This document shows, one piece after another, positions 1 to 10,734 of a stretch of DNA of 64,000 bases (within the stretch, counting starts at the first letter, position 1; every line of letters begins with the position of its first letter). The position numbers and the translations under genes were made by a program. Below the pieces are notes generated by a model. It searched no databases. It was not told the DNA's origin and worked only from the letters and a program-made list of their open reading frames with translations. Location: contig OZ244717.1 in the NCBI GenBank assembly GCA_965218975.1, positions 608,001 to 672,000 of the forward strand, given 5' to 3'. The DNA is from Candidatus Oxydemutatoraceae bacterium. Its GTDB lineage: Bacteria; Pseudomonadota; Gammaproteobacteria; Poriferisulfidales; Oxydemutatoraceae.

Positions 1-121
1 CGACAAAATGAAATTTGCAGGGAAATTCGTGATGCATGTCGACTGTAAGGGCAGCGATTAATCCGGGAAGTTTGCTCACGGCTTTTTCAACTCTCCTGTT
101 ACGATACCAGGAATTTTTCAT

Positions 122-826
122 TTGACTCAAGCTTTTAACTACACGCGTATTTCCGCAATCTGCCGGCCGCAAGCAGCATTGATTCTACTACATGGCCTTG
201 GCGCCAATGCCGAAGATTTAAGAGAAGTGGTTGATGCGCTTGAGCTTCCGGCTAAGGATGCAACTGAGTTTATTTTGCCGCATGCCACTTTGCGTCCGGT
301 TACTATTGCCGACGGGATGAACCTTTCGGCATGGTTTGACATTTATGATAGACATCGAAATTCACCGGAGGATACAGTAGGTATCAACCAAAGCGTGCGG
401 AAACTTGCCTGCGTCATTGATGAAACCCGGCAACGCGGCATTTCAGCCCAAAGAATTTTTATCGGCGGTTTTTCGCAAGGCGGCGCACTTGCTCTGCGTT
501 ATGCCTATTGTAGCGCTATACCTTTGGGCGGAGTTATCGGTCTGTCTTGCTACTTACCGTTACGCCACACCCGACCGGCGTTAGCCGATACGGATACCGG
601 CAGAAACAACCCCCCGGTTTTCTTGTCCCATGGTGTCGCAGACGATGTGATTCCCCTTGATTTCGCCGAAACCGCGCGTGATATTCTGCGCCGGCATCAC
701 TTTGACGTAACGTGGCGAACTTATCCTGTCGGACATCACTTGTATGCTCAAGTTATCAGCGATCTTAGCCGGTGGCTAGCAAAGAGATACAAAGTATTAG
801 ACACGTCTTTAACAAATACCGTTTAA
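122..826 (+). CDS. Phospholipase/carboxylesterase (alpha/beta hydrolase)
   Basis: LLHGLGA, GFSQGG nucleophile elbow, HGVADDVIP, GH; TTG start. Confidence 0.9.
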   Translation: MTQAFNYTRISAICRPQAALILLHGLGANAEDLREVVDALELPAKDATEFILPHATLRPVTIADGMNLSAWFDIYDRHRNSPEDTVGINQSVRKLACVIDETRQRGISAQRIFIGGFSQGGALALRYAYCSAIPLGGVIGLSCYLPLRHTRPALADTDTGRNNPPVFLSHGVADDVIPLDFAETARDILRRHHFDVTWRTYPVGHHLYAQVISDLSRWLAKRYKVLDTSLTNTV

Positions 827-899
827 TGGAGAAATTTTTCGTCCTTGGGAGTAGTTTTCAAAGTGGCTTGCCTCTCTTGCGGCAGGATGCCCTCGCCAT

Positions 900-2312
900 T
901 TAGTGCGGCGAAGACTCCAAATACTCTCGCGCACGTGCTAACTGAATGCGCACTTGCTTCGGTGACGTTCCCCCATAACTATTGCGTGCGTCAAGCGCAT
1001 GGCGTTCCGACAGCACCGTGAAGACATCGTCGGTAATCGCGGGACAAATCTTTTGCATGGCAGCAAGGTCTAATTCAACCAGTGCGCATTTCTTTTCAAT
1101 CGCCAGCCGCACTAGCCGCCCAGCCGCAGTATGGGCGTCCCGAAACGGGACTGATTTGCCAACCAGATAGTCGGCCAGATCGGTCGCTGTTGTGTAGCCG
1201 GACTTGACCGCCCAAGCCATCCGCTTAGGGTGAATTTGTAGCCCGCCGATGATTGCATCCAACATTAATACACAGCTGTGCACCGTGTCCGCCGCATCAA
1301 AAACCGGTTCCTTGTCCTCCTGATTGTCACGGTTATATGCTAACGGCTGCGCTTTCATAATTGTTAGCAGGGAAATCAAGCTGCCGTAGACTCTGCCGCT
1401 TTTGCCGCGAATTAGTTCCGCACTATCCGGGTTCTTTTTCTGCGGCATAATAGATGACCCAGTGCAATGCGCATCGGACATTTCTATAAAATCAAAAGGT
1501 TGTGAACTCCATAAAACCAACTCTTCGCCTATCCGCGATAAATGCATCATCAAAATTGCACCTGCGGCGCAAAACTCTATCGCAAAATCGCGATCGCTGA
1601 CCGCATCCAACGAATTATCGCTCACTTCATCAAATCCCAATAGAGCGGCGGTATATTCGCGATCCGGCGCAAAGCCGGTTCCTGCCAATGCTGCTGACCC
1701 CAAAGGTAGAATATTTGTTCGCTGACGGACATCTGCCAGCCGTGCCCGGTCGCGTTTCAACATCTCAAACCATGCCAGCAAATGATGCCCGAAACTTACC
1801 GGTTGTGCCGCTTGCAGGTGAGTATAGCCCGGTAGCATTGTTTCAATCTGCCGATCGGCGAGTGCAATAATACTACTTTGTAAATTCATTAACGCCACTT
1901 GTAGCCTGTCGATCACCTCGCGCAAGTAAAGCCGTAAGTCGGTTGCGACCTGATCGTTTCTTGAGCGTGCGGTATGTAGCTTTTTCCCTGTATCACCGAT
2001 TAACGCGATTAATCTCGCCTCAATATTCATATGAATGTCTTCCAATGCCGTTGACCACCGGAATTTCCCTCGTTCAATTTCCTCGCGGATTTGCTCCAAA
2101 CCGCGCACGATTTGCGTCGCTTCCTCGTTGTTTAAAACCATCGCTTTTTCCAGTGTCCGGGCGTGTGCGATGGATACTTCAATATCCTGACGGTACAGCC
2201 TCCTATCAAATTGTACCGATGCGGAAAAAGTTTCCAGCACGGCACTGCTGTCTGCGTTGAAACGACCCTGCCATGGTTTTATCGGTTGGTTTGCTTTCTT
2301 TTTACTTTTCAT
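900..2312 (-). CDS. argH: Argininosuccinate lyase
   Basis: WQGRF, LHTARSRNDQ, GSSIMPQKKNPD signature; synteny with algZ/algR/hemC. Confidence 0.98.
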   Translation of the reverse strand: MKSKKKANQPIKPWQGRFNADSSAVLETFSASVQFDRRLYRQDIEVSIAHARTLEKAMVLNNEEATQIVRGLEQIREEIERGKFRWSTALEDIHMNIEARLIALIGDTGKKLHTARSRNDQVATDLRLYLREVIDRLQVALMNLQSSIIALADRQIETMLPGYTHLQAAQPVSFGHHLLAWFEMLKRDRARLADVRQRTNILPLGSAALAGTGFAPDREYTAALLGFDEVSDNSLDAVSDRDFAIEFCAAGAILMMHLSRIGEELVLWSSQPFDFIEMSDAHCTGSSIMPQKKNPDSAELIRGKSGRVYGSLISLLTIMKAQPLAYNRDNQEDKEPVFDAADTVHSCVLMLDAIIGGLQIHPKRMAWAVKSGYTTATDLADYLVGKSVPFRDAHTAAGRLVRLAIEKKCALVELDLAAMQKICPAITDDVFTVLSERHALDARNSYGGTSPKQVRIQLARAREYLESSPH

Positions 2313-2395
2313 AGATTATTATTATATCGTTAGCATATAAGCGGGCATCTTCTGTTTGGAAACCATGTGCGCAGCAACAAAAAAGTTACATCGCG

Positions 2396-2520
2396 CCGGG
2401 CACATACCAGACCGACAATTCCCAATAAAAAAAGTGACCAGCATGCAATATCGGCATATCAGGCACCTTTTACTAGTCAGGCATTTATCCCGTATGTATC
2501 CGGTACTATACACCTATGCG
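2396..2520. repeat. Imperfect palindromic dispersed repeat, copy 1 (MITE-like)
   Basis: Arms ccgggcacatac (2396) / gtatgtatccgg (2492); central dyad; right half aligns with 19165-19247 and 26939-27008. Confidence 0.6.
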
Positions 2521-2616
2521 CAAAGTTAGCATTGTAGGTATAATGCAAGAAGTGGTGCGGGGTGGAGGGCTAAGCTTGTTCTGCGTTGCTTCGGCAGGCG
2601 CGGGCGCAAAATAATT

Positions 2617-3525
2617 ATGCCTACAATGGATGCTATTAGCGAAGTTACGGTTGCTTCAAAACCAGCCAGAAAAGGTATCCGCGAAGGCCGGGGTTGGCGT
2701 TTCTATTGCCAGTCTTCGGAGAAAATGCGGCAGGTCGGCGATGGCAGTATTGCTCTGACCATTACTTCGCCGCCCTATTGGAATGCCATAGACTACGACC
2801 TACACACGAGCGGCGGCGATGAAATATGGCACAGGCAAAGGGAGTATTCGCAGTTCGGTAAGACCTACGGGGAATGGCTGGAGCGAGTGCGTCAAGTCTT
2901 TCAGGAAGTTCATAGGGCGACAATGGATGGCGGCTTTTGTGCCGTGGTCATCGGCACGATCCTCAAAGACCGGAAACATTATCCCGCCCCCTTTGATTTC
3001 ACAGATCGGATGTTGAAAATCGGTTGGAAATTCCACCAGGACATAATCTGGAATAAGGTAACGGGCGGCGTAAAACGAGCCGGCGTGTTTATCCAACATC
3101 CCCAACCGGGGTACTACTACCCAAACATCATGACCGAATACATACTGATTTTCCGCAAAAGCGAAACAATGCGCAGAGGTGCGGAACAAGCATTGCCGAT
3201 AGATGAAGTCTTTAAGCGAGATATTGCCAACAATATTTGGCACGTTGCGCCGGTGCCACCGCGCACGATAGCGCACCCATGCCCCTACCCCGACGAGATC
3301 GTGCGTCGGCTTACCCTGCTCTACTCGCAACCTGGGGATGAAATACTAGACCCATTCTTAGGCAGCGGTCAGACTGCAAAAGTAGCCCTCCGAAATAAGC
3401 GGCGTGTCGTGGGTTATGATATCGAGCAGCGATACATAGACTTGTCTGCCGCTCGTCTGAACGATACTAGTAGGCGAGAGTATCAGTTACTGCCGTCTTT
3501 TGAAAAGGTGAAGGCTGCGGTTTGA
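2617..3525 (+). CDS. Site-specific DNA methyltransferase, beta class (N4-C/N6-A)
   Basis: ITSPPYW motif IV before HPCPYP and LDPFLGSGQT motif I. Confidence 0.92.
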   Translation: MPTMDAISEVTVASKPARKGIREGRGWRFYCQSSEKMRQVGDGSIALTITSPPYWNAIDYDLHTSGGDEIWHRQREYSQFGKTYGEWLERVRQVFQEVHRATMDGGFCAVVIGTILKDRKHYPAPFDFTDRMLKIGWKFHQDIIWNKVTGGVKRAGVFIQHPQPGYYYPNIMTEYILIFRKSETMRRGAEQALPIDEVFKRDIANNIWHVAPVPPRTIAHPCPYPDEIVRRLTLLYSQPGDEILDPFLGSGQTAKVALRNKRRVVGYDIEQRYIDLSAARLNDTSRREYQLLPSFEKVKAAV

Positions 3526-4187
3526 TGGCGATGCCGGATGGCGGGAGAGGGCGCCCCGCGAGCTATAACAAGGAACGAGGTTATTTCCGTAGCCTCAAAG
3601 AAAATGTCTCGTGGCAGGCATTAGCGAAATATGAGCAGGCAATCAAAACCCTTTTAGAGAGATACAACACCACCATATACGAAAATCGCTTTATCGCCGG
3701 CGGGGCAGTAGAAGTCTTTACGCTGATGCTACTGTGTTCTGCGGGTATTCCGGCGCAGAGCTACGGCGATGAAACTGCTGCCGGTGACGTTATCCTGCCT
3801 AATAAGCGGATGCTGTCCATAAAGGGAAGCTTTACGGGTTCGAAGGATAGTATCCGACTAATTAACACAATGGGCGAAACGAAAGCGGTATGGTGCACTG
3901 CAACGTTATTCATAATCACAGGCTTGGGCATTGTGTATGGCGACCCTGTTATGTTGGAAGATGGTGATTTGTCCCGTGCCAAAGATGCTCTAATGCTTCG
4001 GCGGGCAGCGATAGATAGGTTCGCGTCAGATCCGGCTAATTTGATTGCGATAGATATTGCCCAAAAGCCGTCCAAGCAAATGACACGTTTTAGCCATAAG
4101 GCAAGCACTGCGGTTGCTCGTCAGATCATGTATGAGCAGCAGCTGAAGACGCTATTGTCGCAAGTCAATGGGCAACATAGTATGTAG
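3522..4187 (+). CDS. Putative type II restriction endonuclease
   Basis: Overlaps MTase stop; E...GDVIL...LSIK resembles a PD-(D/E)xK variant; inferred mainly from context. Confidence 0.55.
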   Translation: MMAMPDGGRGRPASYNKERGYFRSLKENVSWQALAKYEQAIKTLLERYNTTIYENRFIAGGAVEVFTLMLLCSAGIPAQSYGDETAAGDVILPNKRMLSIKGSFTGSKDSIRLINTMGETKAVWCTATLFIITGLGIVYGDPVMLEDGDLSRAKDALMLRRAAIDRFASDPANLIAIDIAQKPSKQMTRFSHKASTAVARQIMYEQQLKTLLSQVNGQHSM

Positions 4188-4250
4188 GTCCCTTCTGTTT
4201 CTATGCCCCTTGTGTCGGATATATAATAACCGGGGCAGATAAGATAATAC

Positions 4251-5255
4251 TTGCTCTTCCATTACCTCTTGACAGATATGAAGTCATTACGCTTGGAATT
4301 GCTCGCCGTAAAATATTGGCTCCTTGCCTGCTTGTGGGTCACAGCGATGGCACTAGGATTCGGTTTGGCAACAACTTCCTCGCTTGCGCTTGAAGCCTAC
4401 TGGTCCAACACTCTCGGGTTTTTTCTATTATTCCTAAGCGGATTGGGTGTTTGCTACGGTTGCTGTATAGCATATCGCCATCTGATGCAGGCCTCATCGC
4501 ATTTCCTCCTCCTGGTCAGCGTATCTCTGATATTGCTGACGATTATTGCTTACAATTTCGGGCACCTCTTGCCAGGAGTCCCCAGTCGTTACCCGCCCAT
4601 CATCTTGGTTATCCTGACAAGCATTAGCGGAATACCATTATTGGGGATAATGGCATATTATCATTGCCTTATCGAAACCACTCAAATCAGCGCGTTATAT
4701 CATCAAATCCGTCTACATTTTCTGTTTAATACTCTAAATACTGCCGTTTGTCTGATTTCTTCACATCCGCGGGACGCAGAAAATACACTACTCGGTTTGA
4801 CAAGTTTGTACCGCTTAATGCTAAGACAGGAGCCTTTTGTAAAACTCTACGAGGAAATTAACGTTGCTAAAGACTATATCCGAATAGAACGGATCCGTCT
4901 TGGCGCCCGTTTGGGAGTAAAGTGGAAAATACCCGCTCTATCGACTCTTCAGACGCAAGTCCCCGTTTTGCTCCTTCAACCGCTGGTTGAAAATGCGATT
5001 TATCATGGAATCGAAACAAATGCGCAGGGCGGCATTGTAACCATTACTATCACCGAAGAGGAACGCTTCATCTTTTTCGAGATAAGCAACTCCGTTGATG
5101 CATCAGCCGGTCAATCAAAAGGCGGCCATATTGCCCAAGACAACATCCGCCGCAGACTACTTCATGTCTATGGATCGGAATGTGGCTTTAGTTCAAACCA
5201 TAACTCGAGTCAATACTGTGTGAAATTCTCAGTACCTCGGAGGAGGAATAGATGA
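4251..5255 (+). CDS. algZ: LytS/AlgZ(FimS)-type sensor histidine kinase
   Basis: N-terminal TM helices, QIRLHFLFNTLN, LLQPLVENAIYHG; upstream of LytTR regulator and hemC. Confidence 0.85.
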   Translation: MLFHYLLTDMKSLRLELLAVKYWLLACLWVTAMALGFGLATTSSLALEAYWSNTLGFFLLFLSGLGVCYGCCIAYRHLMQASSHFLLLVSVSLILLTIIAYNFGHLLPGVPSRYPPIILVILTSISGIPLLGIMAYYHCLIETTQISALYHQIRLHFLFNTLNTAVCLISSHPRDAENTLLGLTSLYRLMLRQEPFVKLYEEINVAKDYIRIERIRLGARLGVKWKIPALSTLQTQVPVLLLQPLVENAIYHGIETNAQGGIVTITITEEERFIFFEISNSVDASAGQSKGGHIAQDNIRRRLLHVYGSECGFSSNHNSSQYCVKFSVPRRRNR

Positions 5256-6031
5256 TGAATATTTTAATTGTCGACGATGAACCATTGGCCGTGAAACGCC
5301 TGCATCAATTTATTGACAATACACCTGGCTACAATTGTGCCGGATGTGCTTTTGATGGAGTTGAGGCAGTACAAAAAGCGCATCAATTAAATGTTGACAT
5401 TGTATTGATGGATATACGCATGCCGAAGATGGACGGTTTAACTGCCGCCCGACACATTCGCGATATGGAAAATCCGCCGGCGATTATTTTCACTACTGCG
5501 TTTGCCGAATATTCGCTTCATGCTTTTTCAATTCCCGCATCGGGCTATTTACTTAAACCCATCATTCAACCCAAGTTGATCGCGGCAATTGAAAACATTA
5601 AAAGCATGACCCCACGCGCTATCAGCGAATCTCTACAGATTCCGCATGAAAAAGAGGAGTATATTTGCTGTCGGCACTACGGAGAATTTTTGCTGATTGC
5701 ATTTCGTCGCATCTACTACCTAAAATCCTCAACGAAGTATACACAGATATACTACCATAACAGTTCGTCTTTAACGGAAAGGTCACTCAAGTCGTTTCTT
5801 GAGTACTATCCCGACAGACTGATCCGGATCAATCGGGGAATAGCCGTCAATCGAGCTTATTTGAGAGGATTACGACGAATAAACAATGATCAGTATGAAG
5901 CCATACTTTCGAAAGTGGGGAAGGGATTATTGGTTAGCCGGCGCAATTTGCCGCATATACGCGCTCACTTGAATCAGATTGGGCACTCATTTCCGTTAGT
6001 GACCGAGTTGCCGGACGAGACCGATAGATAA
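5252..6031 (+). CDS. algR: LytTR-family response regulator (AlgR-like)
   Basis: IVDDEPLA, MDIRMPKMDG, YLLKP, C-terminal LytTR (LLVSRR); synteny. Confidence 0.85.
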   Translation: MMNILIVDDEPLAVKRLHQFIDNTPGYNCAGCAFDGVEAVQKAHQLNVDIVLMDIRMPKMDGLTAARHIRDMENPPAIIFTTAFAEYSLHAFSIPASGYLLKPIIQPKLIAAIENIKSMTPRAISESLQIPHEKEEYICCRHYGEFLLIAFRRIYYLKSSTKYTQIYYHNSSSLTERSLKSFLEYYPDRLIRINRGIAVNRAYLRGLRRINNDQYEAILSKVGKGLLVSRRNLPHIRAHLNQIGHSFPLVTELPDETDR

Positions 6032-6064
6032 ACAAACACGGCTGACGGATGTGGGTATCGTTTT

Positions 6065-6991
6065 ATGACTCTTGCAGTTTTACGTATCGCATCGCGTAAA
6101 AGCCCGCTTGCATTATGGCAAGCACGTTATGTTGCTTCGGTACTTTGCCGGCACTATCCCGAATGGAGTGTCGAAGTCATTCCTTTACTTACCAGCGGCG
6201 ATACTCTGCTTGATCAACCGCTATCACAAAGCGGTGGGAAGGGTTTGTTTATTAAAGAGTTAGAGCAAGCATTGCTCGATCGTCGTGCGGATATTGCAGT
6301 ACACTCCATGAAAGATGTACCGGTAACATTACCGATGGATTTGATTATTACCGCGACCATGCAACGTGAAGACCCTGCCGACGCGTTTGTCTCGAATCGC
6401 TTCGTCGGATTGGAACAATTACCTGCCGGCACGACAGTCGGGACTTCAAGCCTCAGACGGCATTGTCAATTAGCGCACCGCTACCCCAATTTGATGATTC
6501 AGCCTTTGCGCGGTAATATCAATACACGACTTAAGCGATTGGATGAAGGGAAGTTTGACGCCGTTATATTGGCATGTGCGGGACTGAAACGACTGGGTTA
6601 CGTGCATCGTATCAGTGAAAGAATTACTTTTGAAACTTGTTTGCCGGCAATCGGACAAGGAGCGCTCGGTATTGAGTGTTGTGCCGAAAATGTTAGCCTG
6701 CGCAAACGGCTGGAAGTTTTACACGACCAAACAACCGGGAATTGTGTAGCGGCCGAACGCGCAGTCAGTCAAGCGCTTAACGGGGATTGTCGTCTGCCGA
6801 TTGCAGCGTATGCCGAACAACGCGAAACTCGGTTGCATTTGCAGGCGTGTGTCGGAAACCTGAATGGCACCATATTGCTTACGGCGCAGGCCATGGGCAA
6901 CGACCCGCATATCACCGGAACTGAAGTTGCGCAAAATCTAATCGCGCAGGGTGCCGACCGGATACTTGCAGCGTGCCGTCATCAAACATAA
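6065..6991 (+). CDS. hemC: Hydroxymethylbilane synthase
   Basis: SRKSPLALWQA, GGKGLFIKELE, AVHSMKDVP, GTSSLRR. Confidence 0.98.
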   Translation: MTLAVLRIASRKSPLALWQARYVASVLCRHYPEWSVEVIPLLTSGDTLLDQPLSQSGGKGLFIKELEQALLDRRADIAVHSMKDVPVTLPMDLIITATMQREDPADAFVSNRFVGLEQLPAGTTVGTSSLRRHCQLAHRYPNLMIQPLRGNINTRLKRLDEGKFDAVILACAGLKRLGYVHRISERITFETCLPAIGQGALGIECCAENVSLRKRLEVLHDQTTGNCVAAERAVSQALNGDCRLPIAAYAEQRETRLHLQACVGNLNGTILLTAQAMGNDPHITGTEVAQNLIAQGADRILAACRHQT

Positions 6992-7001
6992 AATTCGTCC
7001 G

Positions 7002-7796
7002 TTGACACAACCATTAACCGGTGCCTGTATTCTAGTTACTCGCCCGCGGGGGCAAAGTGACGCATTGCTGGTAAAACTGCGTTCTGCCGGAGCACAAGTA
7101 CTGCACTGCCCGGTGATAGAGATTCTTGACCAACATCAGACTCGAGAAAATTTAGCAAAAGCAACACAGCTATCACGCTACCAAGCAGTTATTTTCATCA
7201 GTCGGAATGCCGTTAAGTACGGATTACATTTGATGTATGCCGCCGATACTGCCGCTGCTGATCTGCCTCCGGTTGGCGCCATCGGACGCAGTACCGCCGC
7301 TTTATTGCAGCAGCATCAAGTCCGGGTCGCAGCATGCCCAAACGTCCCCGATAGCGCTGCATTGGCGGAAACTCCGGTGATGCGAGGGTTAAATGCCGGA
7401 AGTCGCGTGCTAATTTTTCGTGGGAAAGGTGGTAGAGAAACACTTGCTAAGATATTTGCCGCGCGCAGAATTGAAACCGATTATGCGGAAGTGTATCAAC
7501 GCATCCGACCCACCAATCAAACAGTACCCGTTACAACACCTGCCGGTAGAAAGATTGATCTGATTATGCTCAGCAGCCGCGATAGCCTACAAAACCTGCA
7601 TATAATGACACCGCTAAAAGACCGTCGCAAGTTACTCGAAACACCGCTGCTGCTTGGCAGTCCAACAATGCTTGATCTGGTTGATAAACTGGGTTTTCAG
7701 TCTCCTCCCATTATTGCACCTAGCCCTCTTGACGACGATATGCTGGCCCAAGCAATTGATTGGTGGCAACACCAAAATTCATTGTCCGCACAATGA
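7002..7796 (+). CDS. hemD: Uroporphyrinogen-III synthase (start uncertain; TTG at 7002 preferred over 6951)
   Basis: ILVTRP, IFISRNAV, FRGKGGRETL, EVYQR; follows hemC. Confidence 0.9.
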   Translation: MTQPLTGACILVTRPRGQSDALLVKLRSAGAQVLHCPVIEILDQHQTRENLAKATQLSRYQAVIFISRNAVKYGLHLMYAADTAAADLPPVGAIGRSTAALLQQHQVRVAACPNVPDSAALAETPVMRGLNAGSRVLIFRGKGGRETLAKIFAARRIETDYAEVYQRIRPTNQTVPVTTPAGRKIDLIMLSSRDSLQNLHIMTPLKDRRKLLETPLLLGSPTMLDLVDKLGFQSPPIIAPSPLDDDMLAQAIDWWQHQNSLSAQ

Positions 7797-7885
7797 TAAG
7801 AAAATAAAAATTGCGTAAGCAACGCATGTAAATAAGCCGCGAATGCATCATTTTGTTATGATACGGATAAACACAAGGAGCGATT

Positions 7886-8515
7886 TTGATTCTAAAACTT
7901 GAACTGGCAATTTTGCTCATCGGCGGACTAATAATTGTCGGCTTGATAACAATTGATTCGCCGGACTGGCATATATTCGGCGTGAACATCGCAGTGCTTG
8001 GCGCCATTCTGATATTTATCATCAAGGTTTTGTATTGGGTAGGGCAAATCAGCCGACTGCCGGCAAAGCCTTTGCACCATTGGCAAAGACGTAAAGACGC
8101 ACAAGCGCACGCGGCGTTTCACCGTGGGATTGCACTCTTTCTTGACAACCAGTCTAAATCGGCGCGAACCGCACTGCGCACATCTGCCGATCATCCGGCT
8201 TATTCCCGTTCGGCAAACCTATTGATTGCAAAGTGCGCGCTTGATGAAAAGCGATTTCGTGCCGCGCATGAAGCGTTAGAAAAAGCCCGGGAAGCCGGCG
8301 CTGAAACATTGACAACTGATTTACTCGAGGCGCAAGCGCATGGCGATGAAGGGCAACATCAGCGAGCACGGGCGTGTTTGAAGAGGCTGCGTTTGGCGCA
8401 CCCGCACCATCCGAAAGTAACGGCATTATATAAAAAATATTTCGATTCAATCGTTGCGACATCATCCTCGATGACGTTCGGTAATGCAACGAATCATACT
8501 AAATTGGGAACATGA
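7886..8515 (+). CDS. Short HemY-like membrane-anchored TPR protein
   Basis: Two N-terminal TM segments then TPR-like helices; position after hemD. Confidence 0.55.
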   Translation: MILKLELAILLIGGLIIVGLITIDSPDWHIFGVNIAVLGAILIFIIKVLYWVGQISRLPAKPLHHWQRRKDAQAHAAFHRGIALFLDNQSKSARTALRTSADHPAYSRSANLLIAKCALDEKRFRAAHEALEKAREAGAETLTTDLLEAQAHGDEGQHQRARACLKRLRLAHPHHPKVTALYKKYFDSIVATSSSMTFGNATNHTKLGT

Positions 8516-8689
8516 ACAAACCGACGTCCTAGCTAAGCACACCGAAACATAACACATGCCTTTCTGCGCATTAAGATTTTCACGCGCGAACCTGTTTGCA
8601 ATAAAAAATGAGATTGCTTGTGGAAATTCTGTTGCAGCTAATAAATATAGTTTAATTGACTTATAATCCGATTTTCTCGGAGACAAATA

Positions 8690-9172
8690 TTGTTTGTAAT
8701 TTTTGCTGTGATCCTATTGGGTGTTTGGCTGCAGCTGTCAGGACACTACGACACCTTTACTATATTGCTCGGCATGATAAGTATTGCTACGGTTATTTTT
8801 TTGGCGAAACGCATGGGCTTATTGAAGCAAGGACAGCATACATTGCATTTTTATAGCCACCTCCCCGCTTACGGTATCTGGCTATTGCCGCGTATTATCG
8901 TGGCAAACTTTGATGTGGCGTGGCGCATTTTGCATCCGAAATTGCCAATCAATCCGGGCTTTATTCGCACGCCGATGACACAAAAAAAAGAGTTGGCAAA
9001 ACTCACCCACGCAAATTCAATCACTTTGACGCCTGGGACAATTAGCACTGACATAGATACGGATAGTATCGAAGTACATGTGCTAACACGTTGCCCGACC
9101 GACGAAATATCCTTGCTCGAATTTGACCGGCGCGCATCCATGCTTGAAGGAGATAAGAAAAGTAATGCTTGA
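8690..9172 (+). CDS. mnhE: Na+/H+ antiporter subunit E
   Basis: ANSITLTPGT motif. Confidence 0.9.
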   Translation: MFVIFAVILLGVWLQLSGHYDTFTILLGMISIATVIFLAKRMGLLKQGQHTLHFYSHLPAYGIWLLPRIIVANFDVAWRILHPKLPINPGFIRTPMTQKKELAKLTHANSITLTPGTISTDIDTDSIEVHVLTRCPTDEISLLEFDRRASMLEGDKKSNA

Positions 9173-9473
9173 ATTCCTTCTCGCCGCATTGGCGATTACC
9201 ATGACTCTGGCGTTGGTCCGCGCCGCTATAGGTCCTGGTTGGTTTGATCGTGTGTTGGCGCTAAATGTGCTCGGCACTTTAACCATTATACTGTTAGTGC
9301 TCATCAGCACTTTTACCGAGCTGTACGCGCTGATTGACATCGCGCTGCTTTATGGGTTGATTAACTTTGTGAGCACCATCGCCATCTTGCGTTTTTTTAA
9401 CGATCGCCTCTTACCGCTGCCGCGGTTTAAGCTTCATTTGAAGCGAATGAAAAAAGAGGAGGCCGATGATTGA
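9165..9473 (+). CDS. mnhF: Na+/H+ antiporter subunit F
   Basis: GPGWFDRVLALN, DIALLYGLINF. Confidence 0.9.
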   Translation: MLEFLLAALAITMTLALVRAAIGPGWFDRVLALNVLGTLTIILLVLISTFTELYALIDIALLYGLINFVSTIAILRFFNDRLLPLPRFKLHLKRMKKEEADD

Positions 9474-9783
9474 CTTACTGACTACGTCACTCACCTGGAT
9501 TCTTCTGTTTGTAGGCAGTTTCTTTCTAGTTACCGGCGGCTTTGGCTTGCTCCGAATGCCCGACTTTTTTACTCGGATACACGCAGCGGGGCTGATCGAT
9601 ACACTCGGTGCGATACTTGTCCTAAGCGGGTTAATGTTTTATATAGGATGGGAGAAAGAGCTCTTTAAAATTATCTTGATTATCATTTTATTGTTGGTAA
9701 CAGGTCCGGCGACCATGCACGCGATGTGCAAAACCATCCGCGATCAAGAGAAAAGATATAACCAAGAAAAGCTGTCGGATTGA
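9466..9783 (+). CDS. mnhG: Na+/H+ antiporter subunit G
   Basis: GLLRMPDFFTRIHAAG. Confidence 0.9.
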   Translation: MIDLLTTSLTWILLFVGSFFLVTGGFGLLRMPDFFTRIHAAGLIDTLGAILVLSGLMFYIGWEKELFKIILIIILLLVTGPATMHAMCKTIRDQEKRYNQEKLSD

Positions 9784-10301
9784 TGGAACTACAACTTGAA
9801 TTGCTGCTACTGGCAATGCTTGCTGCAACCGCTGTATTGGTCGCCTTGAGCACCAATCTGTTTGTTGCAACAATGTTGGCAGGCATTTTTAGCTTGCTGA
9901 TTGCGCTGTTATTTGCAATCTTAGACGCCCCTGATGTTGCCTTTACCGAAGCCGCTGTAGGCGCCGGCGCTTCAACACTTTTATTTCTCGCAACACTGTC
10001 AAATACCGGACATTTCCATTCATACCGCAAACAGAGACATTTACCGGCAATCATTCTTGCGCTGACACTCGGGGCGCTGTTTATTTATTCAACCGTCGGA
10101 TTGCCGCCGTATGCCGATCCGTCGGCTCCCGCCCACCAGCATTTGGCACAGTATTTTTTAACTTGGACACCGGCGGAAATTGGCGTATCAAATGTCGTTA
10201 CCGCAGTGCTTGCCAGCTATCGCGGCTTTGATACGCTCGGTGAACTATTTATTATCTTCACTGCCGGTATCGCCACAATCGGTGTTTTTAGCGCACGATG
10301 A
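9780..10301 (+). CDS. Mrp subunit B-related protein (DUF4040 + MbhE-like)
   Basis: APDVAFTEAAVGAG, NVVTAVLASYRGFDTLGE. Confidence 0.85.
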   Translation: MMELQLELLLLAMLAATAVLVALSTNLFVATMLAGIFSLLIALLFAILDAPDVAFTEAAVGAGASTLLFLATLSNTGHFHSYRKQRHLPAIILALTLGALFIYSTVGLPPYADPSAPAHQHLAQYFLTWTPAEIGVSNVVTAVLASYRGFDTLGELFIIFTAGIATIGVFSAR

Positions 10302-10311
10302 AAAGACTAAT

Positions 10312-10734
10312 ATGATTATTCAAAAAAACCCTGTCCTGCGTGAAACCGCACATGCGCTTATCCCTCTGATCTTACTGTATGCGTTTTATGTGCAGTTTCA
10401 TGGTCACTTCGGACCGGGCGGCGGATTTCAGGCAGGTGTAATCTTTTCTGTCGGGTTGATCATTTACAAATTGATTTATGGTTTCGACCACACTCATTCA
10501 ATTGTCACTCCGCGCATTGCCGAAATTCTTGCCTGCGCAGGCGTTTTGTTATATTGCGGTGTTGGTTTTATCACCATGTTGCTGGGCGGAAGTTTCCTAG
10601 ACTATAACCTGCTTGCCTTCCAACCTTTGCTCGGTCAACACATCGGTATTTTTCTAGTTGAATTGGGTGTCGGCATCACCATCGTCGGTACTATTGTCGG
10701 TGTATTTCTTCTTGTTACCGAAACGCAATCATGA
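10312..10734 (+). CDS. mnhB: Na+/H+ antiporter subunit B
   Basis: HGHFGPGGGFQAG. Confidence 0.9.
   Translation: MIIQKNPVLRETAHALIPLILLYAFYVQFHGHFGPGGGFQAGVIFSVGLIIYKLIYGFDHTHSIVTPRIAEILACAGVLLYCGVGFITMLLGGSFLDYNLLAFQPLLGQHIGIFLVELGVGITIVGTIVGVFLLVTETQS

Noticed and set aside
2396-2530. Integron attC site for the dispersed palindrome
   Set aside because: No consistent RYYYAAC/GTTRRRY boxes across copies and no integron integrase in the window.
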